Shown here in pieces: positions 17,044 to 26,340 of a DNA stretch of 55,291 bases. Positions within the stretch are counted from its first letter, which is position 1, and the number at the start of each line of letters is the position of its first letter. This DNA comes from an uncultured Zetaproteobacteria bacterium (GTDB taxonomy: Bacteria > Pseudomonadota > Zetaproteobacteria > Mariprofundales > Mariprofundaceae). Location: positions 1 to 55,291 of the forward strand of contig CAZBJB010000001.1 in the NCBI GenBank assembly GCA_964492105.1, given 5' to 3'. A program made the position numbers and the translations under genes. Under the pieces are notes generated by a model. The model saw nothing but the letters and a program-made list of their open reading frames with translations. It was not told the DNA's origin and ran no database searches.

Positions 17044-19419
17044 TCAATCCAGCCATTTCCAGTTGCGCACCTCGGGCATGTCCTCGCCATGCCGGATGAT
17101 ATACTGTTTATGCTCAATGAGTTTATCGCGCATAGACTGCTTGATGTATGCCGTTCCGGAACCCAGTCCGGGCACCCTGTCCAACACATCCACCACCAGA
17201 TGAAAGCGATCCAGATCATTGCGCACCACCATGTCGAACGGCGTCGTCGTCGAGCCCTCCTCCTTGTAGCCGCGCACATGCATTTTAAGATGGCACCTGC
17301 GGCGGTAGGTCAAGCGGTGGATGAGCCATGGGTAGCCATGATAGGCAAAGATGACGGGAGTGCCCGCCGGGAACAGAGTGTCGAAGTCCTTGTCATCCAG
17401 TCCGTGGGGATGCTCACCCTTCGGTTGTAGCGTCATCAGATCCACAACGTTGATCATCCTGATCTTCAAATCGGGCAGGTGCCGGCGCAGGAGCGCAATG
17501 GCGGCCAGCACCTCCAGGGTCGGCACATCCCCGGCCGCCGCCATGACCACATCCGGTTCCGATCCCTGATCATTGCTCGCCCACGCCCAGATACCGATAC
17601 CGGCGGTGCAGTGCTTGATGGCCGCATCCATATCGAGCCACTGAAGGGCGGGTTGCTTGCCAGCGACAATAACATTGATGAAATCGCGACTGCGCAGGCA
17701 GTGATCGGCGACCGACAGCAAACAATTGGCATCCGGCGGCAGATAGACGCGAATGATGTCCGCCTTTTTGTTGACGACATGATCGATAAAGCCGGGATCC
17801 TGGTGAGAAAAACCATTGTGATCCTGGCGCCAGACATGCGAGGTGAGCAGATAGTTAAGCGAGGCGATGGAGCGCCGCCACGGAATTTCCTTGCTTACCT
17901 TGAGCCATTTGGCATGCTGGTTAAACATGGAATCTACGATGTGGATAAATGCCTCATAGCAGGAAAACAGCCCATGGCGGCCGGTGAGCAGATAACCCTC
18001 CAGCCAGCCTTGACAGGTGTGTTCGCTCAATATTTCCATAACGCGTCCGTCCGGCGACAGGTGATCGTCTTCCGGCAATATGTTGGCCTGCCAGGCGCGA
18101 TCAGTGACCTCAAACAACGCCGCCAAGCGGTTGGAGGCCGTCTCATCCGGGCCGAAGACGCGGAAATTGCGCGTCCGCATATTGAGCCGCATGACATCAC
18201 GCAGAAACGTCCCCATGACCCTTGTCGCCTCGGCCAACAACTGCCCGGGCCGCGGCACCATCACAGCGTAATCGCGGAAATCGGGCAGCTTCAACGCCTT
18301 GAGCAGCAGTCCGCCGTTGGCGTGGGGATTAGAACCCATACGCCGCTCACCGGCGGGGGCCAACGCCTGCAAGGCAGGGATCAGGGTTCCGTTCTCGTCA
18401 AACAGTTCTTCCGGCCGGTAGCTGTGCATCCACTGCTCCAGCAGTTGAAGATGCTCCGGCCTGGTCGCCAGTTCACCGAAGGGTACCTGATGCGAACGCC
18501 AGTAACCCTCGGTCTTTTTGCCGTCCACCTCTTTCGGCCCGGTCCAGCCCTTGGGGCTGCGCAGAATGATCATGGGCCAGCGTGGTCGTTTGGTGACGCC
18601 ATCGGCGCGGGCCGCCTGCTGAATCTCCCTGATCCTGCCCGTGACCTCATCCAGCGTGGCTGCCATCTTCTGGTGCATGGCCTCGGGATCGGAACCTTCC
18701 ACGAACCATGGCTGGTAACCGTAACCGATGAACAGGCTCTCCAGTTCCTCGTGGTCGATACGCGCCAGAATCGTGGGGTTGGCGATCTTGTAGCCGTTGA
18801 GATGCAGGATGGGAAGCACCGTGCCGTCGCTCGCCGGGTTAAGGAACTTGTTGCCATGCCACGCCGTGGCCAGCGGGCCTGTCTCCGCCTCGCCATCGCC
18901 CACCACGCAGGCCGCGATGAGATCGGGGTTGTCGAAGACCGCGCCAAAGGCATGGGACAGCGCGTAACCGAGCTCACCACCCTCGTGGATGGAACCCGGG
19001 GTTTCAGGCGCCACGTGGCTGGGGATTCCGCCGGGGAAGGAGAACTGCCTGAATAAATGTTTCATGCCGCCGGCATCACGGCCAATGTTCGGATAAACCT
19101 CGCTGTAGGTGCCCTCAAGGTACGTGTTGGCCACCAGCCCCGGACCACCATGTCCCGGTCCGGCGATGTACATCATGTTCAGGTCCTGTTTATTGATAAG
19201 GCGGTTCAGGTGTGCATAGATGAAGTTCAGGCCGGGTGTCGTGCCCCAGTGCCCGAGCAATCGCGGCTTGACGTGTTCGAGGCGCAGGGGTTCCTTGAGC
19301 AGAGGATTGTCGATCAGATAGATTTGCCCCACGGAAAGGTAGTTGGCCGCCCGCCACCAGGCATTGATTTTGCGCAACATATCCGCTGAAAGCGGTTTTT
19401 CATTCATGGAGTTGTTCAT
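17044..19419 (-). CDS. xfp: Xylulose-5-phosphate/fructose-6-phosphate phosphoketolase
   Basis: 791 aa with [23 protein letters not shown] and [13 protein letters not shown], the canonical phosphoketolase signatures. The ATG overlaps the ackA stop (ATGA). Confidence 0.95.
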   Translation of the reverse strand: MNNSMNEKPLSADMLRKINAWWRAANYLSVGQIYLIDNPLLKEPLRLEHVKPRLLGHWGTTPGLNFIYAHLNRLINKQDLNMMYIAGPGHGGPGLVANTYLEGTYSEVYPNIGRDAGGMKHLFRQFSFPGGIPSHVAPETPGSIHEGGELGYALSHAFGAVFDNPDLIAACVVGDGEAETGPLATAWHGNKFLNPASDGTVLPILHLNGYKIANPTILARIDHEELESLFIGYGYQPWFVEGSDPEAMHQKMAATLDEVTGRIREIQQAARADGVTKRPRWPMIILRSPKGWTGPKEVDGKKTEGYWRSHQVPFGELATRPEHLQLLEQWMHSYRPEELFDENGTLIPALQALAPAGERRMGSNPHANGGLLLKALKLPDFRDYAVMVPRPGQLLAEATRVMGTFLRDVMRLNMRTRNFRVFGPDETASNRLAALFEVTDRAWQANILPEDDHLSPDGRVMEILSEHTCQGWLEGYLLTGRHGLFSCYEAFIHIVDSMFNQHAKWLKVSKEIPWRRSIASLNYLLTSHVWRQDHNGFSHQDPGFIDHVVNKKADIIRVYLPPDANCLLSVADHCLRSRDFINVIVAGKQPALQWLDMDAAIKHCTAGIGIWAWASNDQGSEPDVVMAAAGDVPTLEVLAAIALLRRHLPDLKIRMINVVDLMTLQPKGEHPHGLDDKDFDTLFPAGTPVIFAYHGYPWLIHRLTYRRRCHLKMHVRGYKEEGSTTTPFDMVVRNDLDRFHLVVDVLDRVPGLGSGTAYIKQSMRDKLIEHKQYIIRHGEDMPEVRNWKWLD

Positions 19420-20564
19420 GGCTTCCTCATTCCGGTAACATCGTACCGCATAATATGTGCGGCTTCCCGGGCCAGTACCAACGCTTCATCAACCGCCATG
19501 ACCCATACCTGTACGCCCGATCCCTGCATGCTAATCAGGGATTCATCGCCCCTGGCTGCCGCGTTCGCCCGATCGTCAAGAGCGATACCGAGTGGCTCCA
19601 GGCCACTGAGGATACCTGCCCGTATGGATGGGCAGTGTTCGCCCACGCCGCCGCCGAACAAGATACCGTCCACGCCGCCGAGTGCCGCCATGTAAGCGCC
19701 GATGTATTTGCGGGCACGATAGCAGTAGAGATCGATGGCCAGCCGGACCTCCCTGTCATCGGAAGCCAACAGCTGGCGCATGTCGCCGCTCTTTCCCGAT
19801 ACGCCGAGCAGGCCGCTCTCCCGGTTCAGCATTCGCTCCAATGCCGCGCCGCCCATGCCTGCTTCGCGCTGCAAATGAATCAGTACACCCGCATCCACGT
19901 CTCCCGGACGCGTCGCCATGACCAGACCCTCAAGGGGTGAAAATCCCATTGAGGTATCCCTGGGAAGATCACCCTCCACGGCCGTGATGGAACAACCGGA
20001 ACCGAGTTGCAGGGAGATCACCCTGCCACCATCCCGCATATCGGGACGTAATACTCGCCAGCGCCGCCCCATGGCCTGATGGGCGATGCCGTGGAAGCCG
20101 TAGCGCCGCAGGCCATGCTTGCGGACTAAGTCGCGCGGCAGGGCATACATAGCGGCAACCTCCGGCAGTGCGGTGTAGAAAGCGGTATCGAACACCGCCA
20201 CCTGGGGAAGCGACGATCCCAGCACCTCGCGGCAGGCGCGCACGCCGGCCAGAGCGGGCGGGTTGTGCAGTGGCGCCAGATCCGACAGATCCGCAATGGC
20301 CGCCTCTGCTCCGGCATGCAGCAGACAGGGTGCGGTGAAGGCGTCGCCGCCATGTACGATGCGATGAGCGACAGCCGCGATATTGTCCAGCCCGTGCGTC
20401 CGCACAAAGTCGCGCAGGATCGGGGCACAGGGTTCTGCCGCCTCGGGCCGGTGGTGTGTGGCCAGCCGATGCGGGCCTGCGGCGTCGAAGCTGAACGCAT
20501 CCAGCCGCAGGGATGAACTGCCAATGTTCATGGTCAAAATAATGTGCTTCATCTTGTGATGCAT
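19416..20564 (-). CDS. ackA: Acetate kinase
   Basis: [11 protein letters not shown] (phosphate-1 motif), [33 protein letters not shown]. Translationally coupled to xfp. Confidence 0.9.
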   Translation of the reverse strand: MHHKMKHIILTMNIGSSSLRLDAFSFDAAGPHRLATHHRPEAAEPCAPILRDFVRTHGLDNIAAVAHRIVHGGDAFTAPCLLHAGAEAAIADLSDLAPLHNPPALAGVRACREVLGSSLPQVAVFDTAFYTALPEVAAMYALPRDLVRKHGLRRYGFHGIAHQAMGRRWRVLRPDMRDGGRVISLQLGSGCSITAVEGDLPRDTSMGFSPLEGLVMATRPGDVDAGVLIHLQREAGMGGAALERMLNRESGLLGVSGKSGDMRQLLASDDREVRLAIDLYCYRARKYIGAYMAALGGVDGILFGGGVGEHCPSIRAGILSGLEPLGIALDDRANAAARGDESLISMQGSGVQVWVMAVDEALVLAREAAHIMRYDVTGMRKP

Positions 20565-20648
20565 GTCCCTGGCGAGCGCCGTGTGTTTGCGGCAAAGGTG
20601 ATGACAAACAGGCTGATGGCATGGGCCGCAGCAACAAGCGCAATGTTG

Positions 20649-21938
20649 CTATTCATGATCACCCTCCCTGAAATTATTGTAAAGATCATTACGGCGCAGT
20701 GGCGTAGGTAGAGGTTGGCGCGCGTGTCCGGTCAGCACCTGAAACACACCGGAGCTGCCCTGCTCGAAGAAGTAGGCTGAACCGGCCATATACAGACGCC
20801 ATAAGCGGTAAGTGGCCTCATCCACCATCCTCACCGCATCGTCCCTGTGTTTTTCCAATGCCTGCATCCAGCGGCGCAGGGTCAAAACGTAGTGGCGCCG
20901 CAAGCCTTCCACGTCGAGGATTTCGAACCCTGCCGCCTCCATGGCGGCGATGACTTCGCAGATGCGCGCCAGCTCCCCGTCCGGAAACACGTAACAGTTT
21001 ATGAAACGGGTGATGAGTGTGTCTTCCCAGCCTGTGTCGTTGGTGATGCCGTGGTTGAGAAACAGCCCTCCCGGTTTGAGTATACGCTTTACCGTTCCGA
21101 AGTAGAGCGGGAAATTGGCGATGCCGACATGCTCGAACATACCAACGCTGACCACGCGATCATAGCGGGCATCACGGGGAAGATCACGATAGTCGCACAA
21201 TTCTATTGTTACCCGATCCTCCAGCCCCTCCTTGTGAATATGATCAATAGCATAGTTGCATTGCTGTTCGCTCAGGGTGATGCCGTGAGCTCTGACGCCA
21301 TAATGGCGTGCGGCCCAACACACCAGGGCACCCCAGCCGCAACCGATATCAAGCAGCGTCTGCCCCGGCGCCAGTCGAAGCTTGCGGCAGATATAATCCA
21401 GCTTATCACGCTGGGCGTTGGTGAGGGACTGGCCGGCATCACGGAAGTAGGCGCAGGAATAGACCATGCCCGAGCCCAGCCACAAGCGGAAGAATGCGTT
21501 GGAAACATCGTAATGACGGGCGATGCTGGCCCGTGAATTGTGCCGATCCGCCAGTCTGGCGCGAGGGATGCGCGCGGTTTTGCCGACCAGCAGATGCAGT
21601 GCCTGCCATCCGGCCCGTAACCGTGCTGGCCACGATGGCATGTGTTCCTGCAGGTACTCCACCAGAGTGAACAGCGTCTCCACATCGCCCTCAATGTCCA
21701 CCTCGCCGGCCATATACGCTTCGGCCAGACGCAGCACCGGATCTTGCTGCAACACCAAATGGCGCAGGGACCCGGGGTGCCTGAAAACAATACGGCAGCG
21801 GCTGGCCTTGTTGCCAATGATCGTTTCACTGTTCCACAGGCATACAGCGACCGGACCATGATAATCCCCCAGCGCCAATTCCAGTATGGCCCTTGCGGCA
21901 ACCGCCGCCTTACCATACGGATCGGGGTTATGCGTCAC
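20649..21938 (-). CDS. cfa: Cyclopropane-fatty-acyl-phospholipid synthase
   Basis: IARHYDVSNAFFRLWL, the SAM motif LLDIGCGWGAL, and VSVGMFEHVG. The ORF-track TTG at 21968 lies inside MITE-A, so I prefer the GTG at 21938 (AGGAAACGGT GTG). Confidence 0.9.
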   Translation of the reverse strand: MTHNPDPYGKAAVAARAILELALGDYHGPVAVCLWNSETIIGNKASRCRIVFRHPGSLRHLVLQQDPVLRLAEAYMAGEVDIEGDVETLFTLVEYLQEHMPSWPARLRAGWQALHLLVGKTARIPRARLADRHNSRASIARHYDVSNAFFRLWLGSGMVYSCAYFRDAGQSLTNAQRDKLDYICRKLRLAPGQTLLDIGCGWGALVCWAARHYGVRAHGITLSEQQCNYAIDHIHKEGLEDRVTIELCDYRDLPRDARYDRVVSVGMFEHVGIANFPLYFGTVKRILKPGGLFLNHGITNDTGWEDTLITRFINCYVFPDGELARICEVIAAMEAAGFEILDVEGLRRHYVLTLRRWMQALEKHRDDAVRMVDEATYRLWRLYMAGSAYFFEQGSSGVFQVLTGHARQPLPTPLRRNDLYNNFREGDHE

Positions 21939-21955
21939 ACCGTTTCCTGGTTCTA

Positions 21956-22116
21956 GAGCCTCTTGCAAAACTCATGATCGGCGATCTGCTTCCCCACTTC
22001 GGCCCATTTCCGAGCTTGAATTTCGCTCCATGGAACCACCATGCAGCTCATTCAATTCCGGAAATGGTCTCAAAGCGGGATTGCCGCTCATCCACCCGGA
22101 GTTTTGCAAGAGGCTC
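21956..22116. mobile_element. MITE family A, copy 2
   Basis: GAGCCTCTTGCAAAAC...GTTTTGCAAGAGGCTC, flanked by the direct repeat TCTA (21952-55 and 22117-20). The arms fold into a long near-perfect hairpin. Confidence 0.85.
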
Positions 22117-22155
22117 TCTATTGTACCCATTATATTTTTAGCCTTTGTGCCTAAG

Positions 22156-22199
22156 CAATGTCTTACACTCTGCATGCACGATCACTTGCAGGATCCAGG
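22156..22199. repeat. MITE family B, right-end fragment
   Basis: CAATGTCTTACACTCTGCATGCACGATCACTTGCAGGATCCAGG matches the right end of B at 28338-28381. It ends 2 nt before the folK stop. Confidence 0.7.
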
Positions 22200-22201
22200 T
22201 A

Positions 22202-22705
22202 TTACCATGTCTGCTGTTGTTCGAGCATTGGAACGCCTGCCTCCATCAAGGATTCAAGTAGTTCCCCTGCGGTTTGTTCCAGCAGGGGATGCCGCCAGTC
22301 CGGCTGGATATCACACAGGGGCTGCAACACAAATATGCGTTCATGCATATACGGATGGGGTAGCGTCAAATATGCTGTTTGCATGATCGTATCGTCGTAG
22401 GCAATGAGATCGAGATCAAGCGTTCTTGGACCCCAGCGTGCGTCTGTACGTATGCGGCCATGCTGCTTTTCGATATTTTGCATGCGTTGCAGCAGTATTC
22501 TGGCCTCTATATCAACCTCCAGCAACACGATGGCATTAAGGTACTCCTGTTGTCCGGGGGATCCCATGGGAGGAGATCGGTAAATACGGGAGGAATCAAG
22601 TATTCGCAGGCCTCTGGTGTACGCAAGCTGTTCGCGTGCAGACAGGAATCCGGACAATACATCTCCCATATTTCCGCCAAAGGCAACGATGGCTTCTATT
22701 CCCAT
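22202..22705 (-). CDS. folK: 2-amino-4-hydroxy-6-hydroxymethyldihydropteridine diphosphokinase
   Basis: AIVAFGGNMGD, SRIYRSPPMG, YLNAIVLLE and RWGPRTLDLDLI are HPPK signatures. Confidence 0.9.
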   Translation of the reverse strand: MGIEAIVAFGGNMGDVLSGFLSAREQLAYTRGLRILDSSRIYRSPPMGSPGQQEYLNAIVLLEVDIEARILLQRMQNIEKQHGRIRTDARWGPRTLDLDLIAYDDTIMQTAYLTLPHPYMHERIFVLQPLCDIQPDWRHPLLEQTAGELLESLMEAGVPMLEQQQTW

Positions 22706-24276
22706 GCAACCGCACCGCCACGCCGCGGGTCACCGACAGCCTGGATGTGTCCATTCGTATCGATCGCGATGGCATGCACACCACCAAAGTAAACGGATGT
22801 CTGCTGCCAGTGGTGAATATTCCAGCCCAGGCCGGACAAGGTGTGCTCTTCATCGGGGCTGAGGCAGCCCGGTTCACAATCCAGCATGTTACCTTCGTTG
22901 TGAAGACGCGGACAATGGATGGCGACTTCAAGATCCATGGCTTCAAGTCTATGGTGGCACAACACTTGGAGAATGGCGCCGCGCAAGCGGTTTGAGCCAC
23001 CGCTGCCGAGAATCAGGGCGGGCCGCCCCTGACGAACAAAGATAGAAGGCGCCATCATGGATGAGAGCGTTTCTCCGGCGGGAAGACGGTGGAAACCCAG
23101 GGGGTTGATGTCTTCCTCGCCCAGCATGTTATTGAGATGAATACCCGTACCCGGCGCCACGATGCCGGATCCCTCACCATTGCTGGTGGTAATGGATACT
23201 GCTCGGCTTTCCTTGTCCAGCACGCTGATATGGGTGGTACTTCCATGCCTGTTTTCGGTTTCACAGGCATTGCGTTCTCCCTTCTTGTCGAGATGCCGCA
23301 TCATGTCATGAAAGTAATAATCTATATTTTTCTCATGGAGAAAATCCCGCACCGTACCCGTTTCATAAACCCGTTTATCGAAATCGGTGCCGCGCGCATG
23401 GCTGGCGGCGCGCAACGCTTCGGCCAGCAGGATATTCAATGGCTCATGATGTCCGGATGTTACCAGCCGATCCAGGAGCATGAGACTGAATGCCATCAGG
23501 CATCCACCGGATGAGGGTGAAGGGTTGGTGAGCATTCGACCGTCCAATGCCGATATGGAGACGGGTTTGCGTCGGATCACTTCGACCTGTTCCAGATCAT
23601 GCATGGAGAGCAGCCCTCCGGGATGACACGCATCAGCAATGCACCGCGCCACATCGCCATGATACATTTCGTCTACACCATCCATTGCAAGCAGTTCCAG
23701 CAGACTGGCCAGATCCGCATTTTTGAATAATTGACCTTCCTTTAACAGCAAGCCCTCCGGCGCATGCAATTGATGACATGGCTGTTCGGAAATCAGGATG
23801 GGTTCCAGTAATTGAATAAATGATGACTGGAGGGCATTGAGACGAATGCCAACACGTGCTGCATGAATCGCGGGTGCCATAACCTCCCGCATGGGAATAC
23901 ATCCGTGAATCCGGTGCGCCTCAAACAGGAGAGCCATGAGTACAGGCGCCCCAATCGCGGCGCGGCCAACATGGAAGGTTTGTACGGTATCGCCAAAATC
24001 TACCGGTACGGCGCGAAAATCAGGCTGTTTCACTGTTTCGATGCGACGCTCCGGCATGCGTACAAAGCCATCGAACAGGGTGGAGGCTCCATTGGGTTCC
24101 CGTAACAGCAAGAAACCACCGCCGCCCGCTCCCGTCAGCACAGGCTCGGCGATGAAAGATACACAGACGCTGGCTATAGCGGCATCCACGGCATTTCCGC
24201 CCGCGCGAAGAATTTCCGCTCCGGCCTCCGCCGTGGACGCATGTCCGGCGGCAACGCATCCTGATGCAATCGCCAT
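22696..24276 (-). CDS. ggt: Gamma-glutamyltransferase family protein (no recognisable signal peptide)
   Basis: The catalytic Thr region HGSTTHISVLD, then TTSNGEGSG, and NMLGEEDINP. The N-terminus AGHASTAEAGAEILRAGGNAVDAAIA is typical of the GGT large subunit. Confidence 0.88.
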   Translation of the reverse strand: MAIASGCVAAGHASTAEAGAEILRAGGNAVDAAIASVCVSFIAEPVLTGAGGGGFLLLREPNGASTLFDGFVRMPERRIETVKQPDFRAVPVDFGDTVQTFHVGRAAIGAPVLMALLFEAHRIHGCIPMREVMAPAIHAARVGIRLNALQSSFIQLLEPILISEQPCHQLHAPEGLLLKEGQLFKNADLASLLELLAMDGVDEMYHGDVARCIADACHPGGLLSMHDLEQVEVIRRKPVSISALDGRMLTNPSPSSGGCLMAFSLMLLDRLVTSGHHEPLNILLAEALRAASHARGTDFDKRVYETGTVRDFLHEKNIDYYFHDMMRHLDKKGERNACETENRHGSTTHISVLDKESRAVSITTSNGEGSGIVAPGTGIHLNNMLGEEDINPLGFHRLPAGETLSSMMAPSIFVRQGRPALILGSGGSNRLRGAILQVLCHHRLEAMDLEVAIHCPRLHNEGNMLDCEPGCLSPDEEHTLSGLGWNIHHWQQTSVYFGGVHAIAIDTNGHIQAVGDPRRGGAVAWE

Positions 24277-24310
24277 GATTAAATTCGCCGGTTCATTGAA
24301 TAATGTCTGG

Positions 24311-24919
24311 CTAATTGCCCGGTGTCATGAAGATAATAAAGCCCTTGATGCCAGACTGTCTGGCCAGTTTTAACTTTGCATTCTCAGCTTTTTTGCGTGT
24401 TTTCAAAGGGCCGGCCAGAACCGCATGCAGCTTGTCTTTCGTACTTATCATTTGTATATGCCAGCCGGAATGTTGTAACAGACTGGCCAGTCTCTTTGCC
24501 TTTATGGCATCTTTGAATGCGCCGGTCTGGACATAATAACCGGACTGCAGCCTATTCTCGACCTTCATATGGAGATTGATGGCCGGCGTAGCCGAATGGC
24601 GTAATACTGTTTTAACCGATGTCGTTTTTTGCATCCGCGAGACGGAATGTTTTCCTGCAGTGTGAGGCATGGACAATTGATGGGGCTTGCTTTCGTTTGC
24701 CTGGTTCCGGGCAGGTCTGGCCGGAAGACGGTATGTTGTTGTGTGTGACCGGCTGGCCCTGGTGGCAACGTGAGTCTGTTCCGGGAGAAACCAGGATGGT
24801 GCAACAAGCAGCAGAACAAGCAGCAGCGAGACCGCAAGCGCACTGATCGTGGCCAGACGATATTCGTATACCCCTGCTATCCAGTCGGAACGTCTCATGT
24901 GTATTCGAAATTCAGGCAC
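24311..24919 (-). CDS. SPOR-domain membrane protein
   Basis: An N-terminal TM helix ISALAVSLLLVLLLVAP and a C-terminal SPOR fold: GYYVQTGAFKDAIKAKRLASLLQ...HAVLAGPLKTRKKAENAKLKL. Confidence 0.75.
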   Translation of the reverse strand: MPEFRIHMRRSDWIAGVYEYRLATISALAVSLLLVLLLVAPSWFLPEQTHVATRASRSHTTTYRLPARPARNQANESKPHQLSMPHTAGKHSVSRMQKTTSVKTVLRHSATPAINLHMKVENRLQSGYYVQTGAFKDAIKAKRLASLLQHSGWHIQMISTKDKLHAVLAGPLKTRKKAENAKLKLARQSGIKGFIIFMTPGN

Positions 24920-25011
24920 TCAACGGCATCAGTAAAGCACCCCCGCATGTGGACCACCGGCGTGGATATCCGTGCATGTGCGTATCTGACGAGCCTCTTC
25001 ATATCATACCA

Positions 25012-25338
25012 CCCGGATCCTGCAAGTGATCGTACATGCAGAGGAGCCTCTTGCAAAACTCGTGAACGGCGATCGGCTTCCCCACTTTAGCCCATTTCCG
25101 TGCTGAAATCTCGGCCCATGGAACCACCATGCACCTCATTTCGTCACGGAAATGGACTCAAAGCGGGATTGCCGATCATCCACCCAGGGTTTTGCAAGAG
25201 GCTCAGAGTGTAAGACATTGGTTTATATAGCGCATTGAAAAAACATGTTGTCACCTTGTTGGTGATGAATATTTTTTCGATATGCCAGATGAATCAAGGG
25301 GTTGCGCTATGTGTGTGCGAACCCTTGCAGGATTTAGG
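25012..25338. mobile_element. MITE family B, copy 2, interrupted by MITE-A copy 3
   Basis: CCCGGATCCTGCAAGTG ... CTTGCAGGATTTAGG, flanked by the 5-bp direct repeat TACCA (25007-11 and 25339-43). Confidence 0.8.
25044..25204. mobile_element. MITE family A, copy 3 (nested in B)
   Basis: GAGCCTCTTGCAAAAC...GTTTTGCAAGAGGCTC, flanked by AGAG on both sides. Removing it restores the contiguous B sequence GCATGCAGAGTGTAAG. Confidence 0.85.
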
Positions 25339-25362
25339 TACCAGGTTTCAGTTGCATTCATC

Positions 25363-26208
25363 TTATGTGCCCTGTTTCTTCCGGCCACCGACGCGTACGG
25401 GCAGCGAATCAGGATTTACACGAGCACCATTAAAACGAACGCCCCAGTGCAGATGGGGGCCCGTGGCACGCCCGGTCCGGCCTACTTCGCCAATTGTTGC
25501 TCCGGTTTTGAGCCATGTTCCCTCATGCACGTGTAGACTCTTCAGGTGAGAGTATACCATCACCAGTCCCAGTCCATACCCGATGACGACCGTATTTCCA
25601 TTTAGGAACATGGATTTAACCAGCAGGACGCGTCCGGCAAGCGGATTGACAATGGGCGTGCCTTCGGGAGCAGCTATATCAAGACCCGTGTGGGGTGAAC
25701 GTGGTTCGCCATTGACATACCGTCTGGCCCCGAATGGCGTGGAAACGATACCGTTCAGCGGTTTCCTGACGATGGAAATATCAGGCTTTGCATTCACGTA
25801 CATCCCGTAGGCCTTTCTGAGCGATGCATGATCGGCATGGATACGAGCCAGTGCCCTGGCATCGAAAACAGCCATTTCTTTTTTCACCGTGATGCGGGAA
25901 ATGCGAAAATGGCCTCGTTTGACATGTAACCGGCCGGATGCTTTCCGCGTCTTCGATGTCCAGTGAAGCGTGTAATCACCGGGTTTTTGTCCGAGATCAA
26001 CACCAATCCAGCCGATCCAGTGGCCCGTCGCCCCGGCTTTGACCGGCCAGCTTTTACCGAAGCAGCGAAGGCTGGCATGCTCACCGGGCAATGCCGTTTC
26101 CACACGCACGATATCACCCTGCACGGCATGCCATTCACGCGCCATGGCCAATGGCATGCCGAGCGTAAGGCTTACCACAACAAACGTAAGGGATATGCTA
26201 ACTCGCAT
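25363..26208 (-). CDS. M23-family (LytM-type) metallopeptidase
   Basis: HTGLDIAAPEGTPI, GNTVVIGYGLGLVMVYSHL, GRTGRATGPHLHWGV. The signal peptide MRVSISLTFVVVSLTLGMPLAMA starts at the ATG at 26208. Confidence 0.88.
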   Translation of the reverse strand: MRVSISLTFVVVSLTLGMPLAMAREWHAVQGDIVRVETALPGEHASLRCFGKSWPVKAGATGHWIGWIGVDLGQKPGDYTLHWTSKTRKASGRLHVKRGHFRISRITVKKEMAVFDARALARIHADHASLRKAYGMYVNAKPDISIVRKPLNGIVSTPFGARRYVNGEPRSPHTGLDIAAPEGTPIVNPLAGRVLLVKSMFLNGNTVVIGYGLGLVMVYSHLKSLHVHEGTWLKTGATIGEVGRTGRATGPHLHWGVRFNGARVNPDSLPVRVGGRKKQGT

Positions 26209-26340
26209 GATGAGGCATGCCACTGCCCAGGCCGCCGCTGATGTGTTCGGGGACACGGCAAACACGCGTGGTTTGTGCCTGAAAATGAGCAAGTCTGACG
26301 CTACCTTCAAGCAAATCATGGGCGATCTGAGCAGTTACCA

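Noticed and set aside
17479-19056. A 525-aa plus-strand ORF, with similar long antisense ORFs at 9160-9849, 14059-15171, 15233-15934, 16061-16774 and 20847-21536.
   Set aside because: Each lies fully inside, and antisense to, a gene with unmistakable family signatures (xfp, copA, glgX, the FMN protein, cfa). Their sequences are Arg/Gly/Pro/His-rich, as expected for open antisense frames in GC-rich coding DNA.
21972-22175. Small ORFs inside MITE-A copies with recurring peptides (LLQNSGWMSG..., ASCKTRDR...); also 1978-2187, 24770-25090, 27975-28157, 28012-28218, 46937-47143 and 46956-47201.
   Set aside because: The same DNA is read in both orientations and different frames in different copies. 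The reading frames start or end in flanking unique DNA, and copy 1 has an internal deletion. This is repeat sequence, not a gene family.
24991-24999. GAGCCTCTT 9-mer, identical to the MITE-A terminus, 13 nt left of MITE-B copy 2.
   Set aside because: It is too short to distinguish a degraded end from chance.
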